DNA of 64,000 bases, from contig CAZUOM010000001.1 of the NCBI GenBank assembly GCA_964621305.1, forward strand, positions 10,390-74,389, in the 5' to 3' direction. Below, one piece after another: positions 8,139 through 16,177 of the stretch. Source of the stretch: an uncultured Gammaproteobacteria bacterium (lineage in GTDB: Bacteria > Patescibacteriota > Microgenomatia > UBA10105 > UBA927). The stretch's first letter is position 1. Every line of letters starts with the position of its first letter. Made by a program: the position numbers and the translations under genes. The notes under the pieces were generated by a model, which worked only from the letters and a program-made list of their open reading frames with translations, had not been told where the DNA came from and searched no databases.

Positions 8139-10061
8139 ATGAATATCCTTGTTCCAGATTCCTGGCTGCGCGAATTTTTAATTACAAAGGCTACTCCTTC
8201 TCAAATAAAGGAGTGTCTCTCGCTCTGCGGACCGTCGGTGGAGCGGATGCATAAAGTAAGCGGAGATGTCATCTACGATATCGAAGTCACAAGCAATAGG
8301 CCGGACTCAATGTCGGTTTTAGGCATCGCCCGCGAAGCAGCGGCAATTATGCCTAGGTTTGGAATTGCGGCAAAGCTTGTCAATGACCCATACGAAAATA
8401 ATTTAAAATTTCAAATTTCAAATTTAAAATTTGAGAAGAAACTAAAAATTAAAACAGATTCACAACTGAATCCCCGCTTTACATCGGTGGTTATAGATAA
8501 CGTAAAAGTCGGGCTTTCTCCTGCGTGGCTTCAGAAAAGATTGGAAGCTACTGGCAATCGATCGCTCAATAATATTATCGATATCACGAACTACATTATG
8601 CGCGCGTACGGACAACCTGTTCACGCGTTTGATTATGACCAAGTTTTGGGCCACAAAATGATTCTGCGTGCTTCTAAAAAGGGTGAAAGAGTCGAAACGT
8701 TGGATGGCAAAACGCGAATTCTCCCAGGAAATGATATCGTCATCGAAGATGGAAGCGGCAGGCTGATTGACCTTTGCGGCATTATGGGCGCGGAAAATTC
8801 CTCAGTCAAAAACTCGACCAAAACGATCGTCCTCTTTATGCAAATATATAATCCTGTCAACATTCGCAAAACCTCCATGTCTCTGGCAATCCGAACGGAA
8901 GCGGCGAGTCTTTTTGAGAAAGGCTTGGACTCCGAGCTTGTTTATCCGTCAATTATGAAGGGCATCGAGTTGTTTAAACAAATTGCCGGCGGCAGCGTTG
9001 CAAGCAGAATCTATGACATTTACCCTAAACAGTTCACTCCTTACAAAGTCAGCGTTTCTAAAGAAAAACTTTCTGCATACCTTGGCGTCGGTCTTGCCGA
9101 TAAAGATATCGTCAATATCCTAACCCCTCTCGGATTTTCCGTATTGACAGGGTCTCGCTCTGTCACTGTTAAGGTTCCCAGTTTCCGCCGAGACATAGAG
9201 ATTGACGTAGACATTATCGAGGAGGTCGCGCGAATTTACGGCTACCACAATATCAAGCGCAAACTCCCGTCCACAGAGCCGCCACTCGTTGTCCCAGACC
9301 CAGTGCTATCGTGGGAAGAAGAAATAAAAGTCCGCCTGCGCGACTGGGGATTTGTCGAAATTTACACGTACTCAATGATTTCTGAGGAAATGATGGACTT
9401 ATTTAAACTGAACAAGGAATCCGCCTATAAAATATCTAACCCTTTAAGTCAAGAATGGGTCTATATGCGGCCTACCCTTTTGCCGAGCATGCTTTCGACG
9501 ATCAAACAGAATCTCAATATTGAAAGCAATCTCAAGCTCTTCGAACTGAGCATGGTCTACCAATACCGCAAAGGCAATTTACCTATTGAAAAACCAGTTC
9601 TTGTCGTGGCTTGGACGGGAAACAGATACTGCGAGGCAAAGGGGTTAGCCGAAGCCCTGCTTTCTCTTTTTGGTATACCATCAAACTTATTAAACTCATA
9701 CGCCTCACTGAAATTGGTTGAGAATATAACAGTTTTAGAAATGGACTTTTCCAAACTGGTCAAAGACGCCAAACCCACAAAAGTCTACAATCCAATTCCC
9801 AAGTATCCGCCCAGCTACGAAGATCTGGCCCTCGTCGTGCCGCCAAAGACTCCCATCGGCCCGATGATCGAAGCGCTCAAAAAGGTTGACCCCCTTGTCG
9901 TCGATGTAAGCCTACTTGATTCCTACGAAAACGTACGTACCTTCCATATCACCTATCTTTCACCAGAGAAAAACCTGACAACAGAAGACATCCGCCCCAT
10001 CCGCGAAAAACTCCTCAAAGTAGCAGAAGAAAAATTTAACGCACAATTAAAAGCATTGTAG
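8139..10061 (+). CDS. pheT: Phenylalanyl-tRNA synthetase beta subunit (short, lacks B2 OB domain)
   Basis: IEVTSNRPD, NNIIDITNY, GQPVHAFD, DIIEEVARIYGY. Confidence 0.96.
   Translation: MNILVPDSWLREFLITKATPSQIKECLSLCGPSVERMHKVSGDVIYDIEVTSNRPDSMSVLGIAREAAAIMPRFGIAAKLVNDPYENNLKFQISNLKFEKKLKIKTDSQLNPRFTSVVIDNVKVGLSPAWLQKRLEATGNRSLNNIIDITNYIMRAYGQPVHAFDYDQVLGHKMILRASKKGERVETLDGKTRILPGNDIVIEDGSGRLIDLCGIMGAENSSVKNSTKTIVLFMQIYNPVNIRKTSMSLAIRTEAASLFEKGLDSELVYPSIMKGIELFKQIAGGSVASRIYDIYPKQFTPYKVSVSKEKLSAYLGVGLADKDIVNILTPLGFSVLTGSRSVTVKVPSFRRDIEIDVDIIEEVARIYGYHNIKRKLPSTEPPLVVPDPVLSWEEEIKVRLRDWGFVEIYTYSMISEEMMDLFKLNKESAYKISNPLSQEWVYMRPTLLPSMLSTIKQNLNIESNLKLFELSMVYQYRKGNLPIEKPVLVVAWTGNRYCEAKGLAEALLSLFGIPSNLLNSYASLKLVENITVLEMDFSKLVKDAKPTKVYNPIPKYPPSYEDLALVVPPKTPIGPMIEALKKVDPLVVDVSLLDSYENVRTFHITYLSPEKNLTTEDIRPIREKLLKVAEEKFNAQLKAL
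8400..8434 (+). repeat. Heptamer AATTT(A/C/G)A x5 within pheT
   Basis: aatttaa aatttca aatttca aatttaa aatttga, encoding NLKFQISNLKF. Confidence 0.85.
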
Positions 10062-10076
10062 TATAATAAGAAACAT

Positions 10077-10343
10077 ATGGTACGAAAAAATGTTACTGTT
10101 GACGAATATGACTTACCGGTCAAAATAGAATCCCAAAAAAATGGCGGGTTTGTTGCAGTTTGCCCCAGCTGGACGGACTGCTATGCGCAGGGAGATACGG
10201 TTGATGAAGCACTCTGGGAAATCGTTGGTGTAGCACAATCTCTGATTGAACTCTATAAAGAAGAAGGTATGGAAATTCCCTTAAAACTTGAAAGGCGCTC
10301 AAGCAATGCTTCATTTTCCGTCCCCGTGATCGTTGCTGCATGA
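10077..10343 (+). CDS. hicB: HicB-family antitoxin
   Basis: GGFVAVCP..DCYAQGDTVDEA. Confidence 0.9.
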   Translation: MVRKNVTVDEYDLPVKIESQKNGGFVAVCPSWTDCYAQGDTVDEALWEIVGVAQSLIELYKEEGMEIPLKLERRSSNASFSVPVIVAA

Positions 10344-10552
10344 AGCCGCTAAAGTATCGAGACGTGGTCAAAAAAGTCAGAAAGCTTGGTTTTGTTTTTC
10401 GAAGAAACACCGGCGGAACCCACGAAATCTGGTGGAACGAAGAAACAAAGAAAACCTGTGTGATCCCGCATCATCACGAAATAGCACCCGGAACTCTCAA
10501 AAATATTTTACGTCAGATAAACATTAGCGAGTCTGAATTTCAAAGAGTTTAG
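10340..10552 (+). CDS. hicA: HicA-family toxin
   Basis: LGF...GGTH, VIPHH.EIAPGTLKNIL; ATGA overlap with hicB. Confidence 0.9.
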   Translation: MKPLKYRDVVKKVRKLGFVFRRNTGGTHEIWWNEETKKTCVIPHHHEIAPGTLKNILRQINISESEFQRV

Positions 10553-10603
10553 GGAACGGTTGGAGGCAACGTATTGCGGTCTAACGGGTTACTACGCCTG
10601 GCA

Positions 10604-10990
10604 TCATCGACTTAGGTAGGCTTTAAGGCGAGAAATATTTGATGCAAGACTATTATTGACCCTTACGATTGCATCATAAAAATTATCATTTTCCAAACCA
10701 TTTACCAGAATAAGTTTTGCAGCTTGAACAGCCTGCGAATCATTAAGAGAAAAATACCTGGCTTGTTGAAGTCCCACTATTAGTTCATGGACATCTTGCA
10801 ACACCATGTTGGTAGTGAGCATATCATACAAGCGTATTGCACCAGCCGCTCTAGGATCTTCTTCCGCAACTCCTAAAACTTGAGCCCAATCGGATTGCTC
10901 AGGAGTTTTAAAAGCATAGCCAATCTCATCGAGCAATTTTTTTCTTGCCTCAATAATTTCGTGCGATATTGGTTGTTCTGACTCTGGCAT
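10604..10990 (-). CDS. Hypothetical protein
   Basis: 128 aa ORF with TATAAT shortly upstream on minus strand. Confidence 0.65.
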   Translation of the reverse strand: MPESEQPISHEIIEARKKLLDEIGYAFKTPEQSDWAQVLGVAEEDPRAAGAIRLYDMLTTNMVLQDVHELIVGLQQARYFSLNDSQAVQAAKLILVNGLENDNFYDAIVRVNNSLASNISRLKAYLSR

Positions 10991-11031
10991 AATACGATTA
11001 TACTACGAATGCCCGGTAAATATACGAATAT

Positions 11032-13686
11032 TTATGGTGTCGGTATGGGCGTAAGGGTGGGGGTTAATGTCGGCGTTGGAGTGGGCGTAGGAGTAGGAGT
11101 TGGAGTTGGAGTTGGAGTTGGAGTTGTGAAGGGCTCTTTGATGGCAACCCGTACTGAGGCATCCGAAGTATTGCTTTTGCTGTCTGTGGCTTTCACTTTT
11201 ATCGTATGCTGACCATTAGTAACATTTATCGTTTCGGATATTGAGCTTCCCGAAACAGTTTTTACTAAACTTCCATCGACAAAAATTTCTACCTTATTTA
11301 TGTCGAGGCTCGCGCCTATATCCGCTCTCACTTTTACATCGTTACTGTCGATGCGCTGTGTATCAATGGGTTCCTTGATTGAAACCCCAACTTGATCGCT
11401 GCCTTGATAGAAATCGCGCGGCGGATGAAGAAGGGGATCGCCCTGGCCCGCCAGCCACTTGTCGATCCCTTCCTGCCAGCGGTTTTTGCCGTCTGTCGAA
11501 ATCGGGTCAGCCTCGGCAAACACCACGAAATCTTTTGTGTCGTATTCGCCCTTAGCCACTTCCACGTAATTGGCAAGCTTGTCGTTGTCTTTTTTAGAAA
11601 GCTTAAGTTTTTGATAAATTCCTGCCGGCCCGATCGGTTCCGTACCTTTGAGAAATCGCTCTTTTCTTGTTGGGCGGCCGGGAGCGGGCAAGCCTCCGCC
11701 GTAGGCGTCGATTTCAAGCTCAACTATACTCTCCGGCCTGTCAAACGACTCGTCGGGTAGATCTCTAACCGCCTCGCGGATCAAGCGGTTCCAGATCGGT
11801 GCTGCCCCTGTAACACCCGAGGCCAAAGAAGGATGCATGGGAGAGTTATCATTATTTCCGACCCAAACTCCAATAACGCGCTGCTTTGCTCCGCCGACTG
11901 TCCAATTATCACGTTTATCGTCTGTTGTTCCGGTTTTGGCAAAAACTGACCGCCCTGCGATTACCAAATGGGAACGCTCTCCAAAGATTTCTTTTCTGGC
12001 TTCGTTATCTGAAAGAATATCGGTAACTAGGAATGCGATGCCAGCGTCCAGCACACGCCGTGGGGAGGCAATCTTGTGTTCAAAAATGACCTTGCCTTTA
12101 CTGTCTTCAACCTTGAGAATCGACACTGGGTCCTGACGAAAGCCCCCGGTCGCAAATACTCCAAATGCACTCACTAGATCCAGGAGCTTCACTTCACCGC
12201 CGCCCAAGGTAATCGAAAGGCCAAGACGCAAAACGTTCTCATCAGTTGGCTCAAGAGAGGAAATTCCCATATCGTAGGCTAGCCGCAAGATATCTTTAAT
12301 GCCAACCAGCGCCGTAATTTTGACGGCAATCATGTTTATCGAGTTGCCTAGGGCATACCGGAGTTGCACTGGTCCGCGGAACTTGTTATCATAGTTTTTG
12401 GGGTTATACTCGGGCTTCACCGGATCCCCGGAGGGGTATTTGGTATCTACATCCAGAAGCAGTGTTGAGGCTGTGTAGCCTTTTTTAAAGGCTGCGGCAT
12501 AGGTAATGGGTTTGATGGCGCTTCCGGGCTGTCTTAGGCCCTGGGTAGCGACGTTAAATTTAAACCCGCTGCTATCGGTTGCAGTATAATCTTTGGAGCC
12601 AACCATGGCCAAAATATCTCCGCTAGCGGGATCAATAACCACTGCTGAACCATTACTGACCCTAAGTTTTTTAGCCTTATCAACTTCTTCAGCAACAATT
12701 TTCTGCGCTTTTTCCTGAAGTTTCCAGTCTAGCGTCGTCATTACTTTAAGTCCGCCGCCTTCCACCATCTTTGAGCCAAACTTATCAACCAGCTGCTCTT
12801 TGACGTACGCAACAAAGTGGGGAGCACGCAAGCCCGCGTCGCCCGCGGCAAACACCACCGACTCGAGCTGTTTCCTTGCCTCTGCTTCGGAAAAAGCAGA
12901 AATATAGCCGTCTTCGCGCATCCTACGGAGTACCTGTGTGGCGCGCGCAATGTATGCCTTGGGGTCTTTGCCAAAAGGTGAGTAGAGCCCTGGCGCCTGG
13001 GGCAAACCGGCTAAGATAACCGACTCAACAAGAGTGAGACCACTGACTGGCTTGCCGAAGTAATATTGAGCTGCCGCCTCTACACCAACGGCCGTCCCAC
13101 CGTAAGGCGCTTCGTTAAGATACATTCGTAAAATTTCATCTTTGCTGTACTTGCGTTCTATCTGGATTGCTAGAACGGCTTCTTTCATTTTCCGCGGAAT
13201 GGTGCGTTCTTTCGTTAGGAGCACGTTTTTGACTAGCTGCTGCGTGAGAGTTGAGCCTCCCTGAACTTGGCCGAGGAAAATAGTTGTCAAAAGCGCGCGC
13301 AGTAAACCAGTTGTAGAAAGCCCCTGGTGTTTGTAGAATTCTTTGTCTTCAACTGCGATCGTCGCGTCTTTGAGATATTGAGGAATATCTTCCCACTTGA
13401 CAGGAATCCTGTTTTCGTTTTCAAAAATGTCATAAAGCCTCTCGCCGTTTCGGTCCAAGATTACTGTAGATAGCCCCTCAATTCGTTTTACCTTATCCGG
13501 CCGCGGCAAGTCCTTGGCATACCAGGCAAAGAGGAGTCCGGTCAATAATGTCAAAGCAACAAGCCCAACGAAAACGGAGATCGCTATAGTCGTAACAAGC
13601 TTGAGCCTGCCCGTCGGCCGGCGAAACGTCAACGTTCGCCTGCGTTGTCTCTCAAAAAATAAATCGTACATGTTTTTATTTGACAT
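11032..13686 (-). CDS. Class A penicillin-binding protein with C-terminal Ig-like domain and Pro-Thr tail
   Basis: EDKEFYKH, GGSTLTQQLVKN, QPGSAIKP, KTGT; terminal (TP)n. Confidence 0.95.
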   Translation of the reverse strand: MSNKNMYDLFFERQRRRTLTFRRPTGRLKLVTTIAISVFVGLVALTLLTGLLFAWYAKDLPRPDKVKRIEGLSTVILDRNGERLYDIFENENRIPVKWEDIPQYLKDATIAVEDKEFYKHQGLSTTGLLRALLTTIFLGQVQGGSTLTQQLVKNVLLTKERTIPRKMKEAVLAIQIERKYSKDEILRMYLNEAPYGGTAVGVEAAAQYYFGKPVSGLTLVESVILAGLPQAPGLYSPFGKDPKAYIARATQVLRRMREDGYISAFSEAEARKQLESVVFAAGDAGLRAPHFVAYVKEQLVDKFGSKMVEGGGLKVMTTLDWKLQEKAQKIVAEEVDKAKKLRVSNGSAVVIDPASGDILAMVGSKDYTATDSSGFKFNVATQGLRQPGSAIKPITYAAAFKKGYTASTLLLDVDTKYPSGDPVKPEYNPKNYDNKFRGPVQLRYALGNSINMIAVKITALVGIKDILRLAYDMGISSLEPTDENVLRLGLSITLGGGEVKLLDLVSAFGVFATGGFRQDPVSILKVEDSKGKVIFEHKIASPRRVLDAGIAFLVTDILSDNEARKEIFGERSHLVIAGRSVFAKTGTTDDKRDNWTVGGAKQRVIGVWVGNNDNSPMHPSLASGVTGAAPIWNRLIREAVRDLPDESFDRPESIVELEIDAYGGGLPAPGRPTRKERFLKGTEPIGPAGIYQKLKLSKKDNDKLANYVEVAKGEYDTKDFVVFAEADPISTDGKNRWQEGIDKWLAGQGDPLLHPPRDFYQGSDQVGVSIKEPIDTQRIDSNDVKVRADIGASLDINKVEIFVDGSLVKTVSGSSISETINVTNGQHTIKVKATDSKSNTSDASVRVAIKEPFTTPTPTPTPTPTPTPTPTPTLTPTLTPIPTP

Positions 13687-13715
13687 TCACCTTTCTTTGT
13701 GTTAAAGTAGTTTTT

Positions 13716-13768
13716 GCAGTCTGGCAACAGATTGTCATCAACCGCCCGTTGTAAAAGACGGGCTTTTT
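13716..13768 (+). ncRNA. Candidate ~53 nt sRNA convergent with NYN gene
   Basis: TTGACA(13680)-17-TAAAGT(13703) promoter, GCAGTCTG-GCAA-CAGATTGT hairpin, GCCCGT..ACGGGC-TTTTT terminator, no ORF. Confidence 0.6.
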
Positions 13769-13779
13769 GATGGAAATGG

Positions 13780-14283
13780 CTACTTTCTTTGAATTTTCCC
13801 TCGAATTTTTCGCAAATCGATATAGCTATCTGCTACGGCAACGAGCTCCCTAGATACGTGATGTTTCGTAGAAACAACAACAACTTTTTTGCCTCTTTTC
13901 CGCAGTTCCCCAAGCAGGTAAGCAAAGTCACTATCGCCGGAAAAAAGTACGATTTCATTATAAGAATCTACCCGTTTCATTGCTTCTACTGTTATTTCTA
14001 CGTCAAAGTCGGCTTTTCGTGTGTGAGCAGGATCTGCTTTGCTCCGAATCTGCTTCAGTGCTTTCGTAATAAGGGTGTAACCAGTCTTTTTTAACACGGT
14101 CAAAAACGCATCGTGGGATGGTGTTGCAAATCTCGCAGAAAAAAAGCCAGTATAGGTTACCTGATAACTCTGTGCCAGCCAGCGAGACAGTTTCCGATAG
14201 TCTACGCGCCAGTGTTGTGCCTTAGCAGATTGTTCGAGATTTGCTGCGTCGATAAAAACCGCTGTTCTTTTTTTCTTTCCCAC
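13780..14283 (-). CDS. NYN (LabA/DUF88) PIN-like nuclease
   Basis: FIDAANL, KADFDVEI, SGDSDF. Confidence 0.93.
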   Translation of the reverse strand: MGKKKRTAVFIDAANLEQSAKAQHWRVDYRKLSRWLAQSYQVTYTGFFSARFATPSHDAFLTVLKKTGYTLITKALKQIRSKADPAHTRKADFDVEITVEAMKRVDSYNEIVLFSGDSDFAYLLGELRKRGKKVVVVSTKHHVSRELVAVADSYIDLRKIRGKIQRK

Positions 14284-14341
14284 CTCTCCATTCTATCTAA
14301 CCCTTGCATTTATTGCCAATTTGTGGAATAATCTTTTCAGT

Positions 14342-14419
14342 ATGACCAACCAGACGAGAAATTTTACGTATATCTTAATCGTAAATCTCGCAAAAGCGGG
14401 AGCGGTTTGTCTTGTATAA
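14342..14419 (+). CDS. Candidate attenuator leader peptide MTNQTRNFTYILIVNLAKAGAVCLV
   Basis: Short ORF with promoter-like upstream sequence; contains GCGGGAGCGGTTTG, complementary to the terminator 5' side. Confidence 0.65.
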   Translation: MTNQTRNFTYILIVNLAKAGAVCLV

Positions 14420-14441
14420 AATTTAGAAATTTAACCAAACC

Positions 14442-14466
14442 AATCCCGCGCAAGCGGGATTTTTTT
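14442..14466 (+). terminator. Attenuator terminator upstream of tyrS
   Basis: AATCCCGC-GCAA-GCGGGATT-TTTTT. Confidence 0.88.
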
Positions 14467-14518
14467 ATGTGTTGGTTAATGATCCCATCTCTTTGGCGGG
14501 AGAATTTACCAACCATAA

Positions 14519-14585
14519 ACCCCGTAGACGCGACTCCGTGAGGCGAGGACGTAGGCCTCGCGAACGGCGAGCGTTCTACTGGGGT
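14519..14585. repeat. REP-like long imperfect palindrome
   Basis: ACCCCGTAGACGC...CCGT..GCGAGG..CCTCGC..ACGG...GCGTTCTACTGGGGT nested stems. Confidence 0.65.
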
Positions 14586-14683
14586 GGAGACAAGAATGAC
14601 AGAGGTAAGCGTAGTATTGGGATTAGCGCGAACGTGCTAGCTCGCGGAAACGAATCCATTGATGATTTGAGGAGGTGATACTT

Positions 14684-14863
14684 ATGCCGACCCCAGAAGC
14701 CGAAAAACAAGCAATCGAGGCTGCACAAGAAGCGATACAAGCATCCTTTGATGATCCGCCAATAACGCTAGAGATAGAGGAAATAATCGCAGCTGGCTCT
14801 GATGGTAAATTACGGCCTGATCTTCCTAGGATCGACAAGACCAATGTTTTTCCGGTTATGTAG
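14684..14863 (+). CDS. Orphan acidic hypothetical protein with strong SD
   Basis: AGGAGGTGA at 14670-14678, 59 aa. Confidence 0.55.
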   Translation: MPTPEAEKQAIEAAQEAIQASFDDPPITLEIEEIIAAGSDGKLRPDLPRIDKTNVFPVM

Positions 14864-14888
14864 TGTATGCTATATTGAAAGGAAATCT

Positions 14889-16073
14889 ATGGATGCAATT
14901 GAGGAACTATTAACCAGGGGAGTTGAAAATATCATTCCAAGCAAGGAGAAGCTTCGGGAACTTCTTGCGAGCGGAAAAAAGCTCAATGTGTATTTGGGCA
15001 TTGATCCGACTGCCACTCAAATTCATATTGGGCATGCAGTACCCCTACGTAAACTTAACGCTTTTGCTCAATTAGGGCACAATGTAACATTCTTGATTGG
15101 AGATTTCACAGCACTCATCGGTGATACGTCAGACAAAGACGCTGAACGGCCGATTTTAACGAGCCAACAGATACAGGAAAATTTTCAAACCTACAAAAAA
15201 CAGGCAGCAAAGGTATTGGATTTTTCCAAAGTGAAAGTGCGTTTCAACAGTCAATGGCTAAGAGAATTGAAGTTTGCGGATATTGTCAAACTTTGCCAGC
15301 ATTTTTCAGCAGGCGATTTTGTGGGCAGAGAACTCATCAAAAAAAGGCTGACAGAAGGAACGAAGGTTGGGCTTCACGAGCTTCTCTATCCAGTTATGCA
15401 AGGATACGACAGCTACTTTATGGACACCGATATTCAACTGGGCGGCACAGACCAGACGTTTAATATGCAGGCGGGCCGCGTCCTGCAAAAAGATTTGCGC
15501 AACAAGGAATCTTTTATTGTTTCCAACGGTTTCCTAGAAGGGACGGACGGCAGAAAGATGAGCAAAACCTGGGGCAACGCGATCTGGCTTACTGATGAAC
15601 CGAACGACATGTTTGGGAAAGTGATGTCACTCAAAGATGAACTTATCGTCAACTATTTTACTCTTGCGACTTGCGCGACAATGGAGGAAATTGAGGAATT
15701 TCAAAAACAATTACAGTCGGGAGAAAATCCGATGAGAATCAAAAAACTACTCGCTTACCGGTTAGTATCCGAGCTCCACAGTAAAAAAGAGGCAGAATCG
15801 GCTCAAGCGGAGTTTGAACGCGTCTTCCAGCAGGGTAAACCTCCAGGCCCTCATATATTAATATATGAAACTAAACAAACTGACTGGGACCCGGTGGAGC
15901 TTCTTGTCGCAACGAAACTTGCACCGAGTAAATCCGAAGCAAAGCGATTACTGCAGCAAAAATCAGTTGAAAAAAATTCTTCACCTATCGCTTCTCACTT
16001 ATCGCTTATCACTTTATCTAATGGTGATATAATCAAGGTAGGAAAGAAAAAGTTTTTAAAAATAGTACTGTGA
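14889..16073 (+). CDS. tyrS: Tyrosyl-tRNA synthetase
   Basis: GIDPT, HIGH, YPVMQGYD, GGTDQ, KMSKT. Confidence 0.98.
   Translation: MDAIEELLTRGVENIIPSKEKLRELLASGKKLNVYLGIDPTATQIHIGHAVPLRKLNAFAQLGHNVTFLIGDFTALIGDTSDKDAERPILTSQQIQENFQTYKKQAAKVLDFSKVKVRFNSQWLRELKFADIVKLCQHFSAGDFVGRELIKKRLTEGTKVGLHELLYPVMQGYDSYFMDTDIQLGGTDQTFNMQAGRVLQKDLRNKESFIVSNGFLEGTDGRKMSKTWGNAIWLTDEPNDMFGKVMSLKDELIVNYFTLATCATMEEIEEFQKQLQSGENPMRIKKLLAYRLVSELHSKKEAESAQAEFERVFQQGKPPGPHILIYETKQTDWDPVELLVATKLAPSKSEAKRLLQQKSVEKNSSPIASHLSLITLSNGDIIKVGKKKFLKIVL
15981..16015 (+). repeat. Degenerate heptamer TC(A/G)CTTA x5 within tyrS S4 domain
   Basis: tcaccta tcgcttc tcactta tcgctta tcacttt. Confidence 0.75.
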
Positions 16074-16177
16074 ATTTCTTTAGAAAGCACCAGCGGTTTT
16101 GGAAAGTGATGGTCATCATTGCATCGGTGGCCTTGGTTGCCTCTTCTTTCGTCCCGTTCCTCGCTGGAGGGTTATGA
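16070..16177 (+). CDS. 35 aa single-TM small protein MNFFRKHQRFWKVMVIIASVALVASSFVPFLAGGL
   Basis: GTGA overlap with tyrS stop and ATGA overlap with recG start; basic N-terminus plus hydrophobic helix. Confidence 0.75.
   Translation: MNFFRKHQRFWKVMVIIASVALVASSFVPFLAGGL

Noticed and set aside
11035-11127. GGAGTT/GGAGTA hexamer repeats and the 67 aa GV-repeat ORF
   Set aside because: These are the codons of the Pro-Thr tail of the PBP on the opposite strand.
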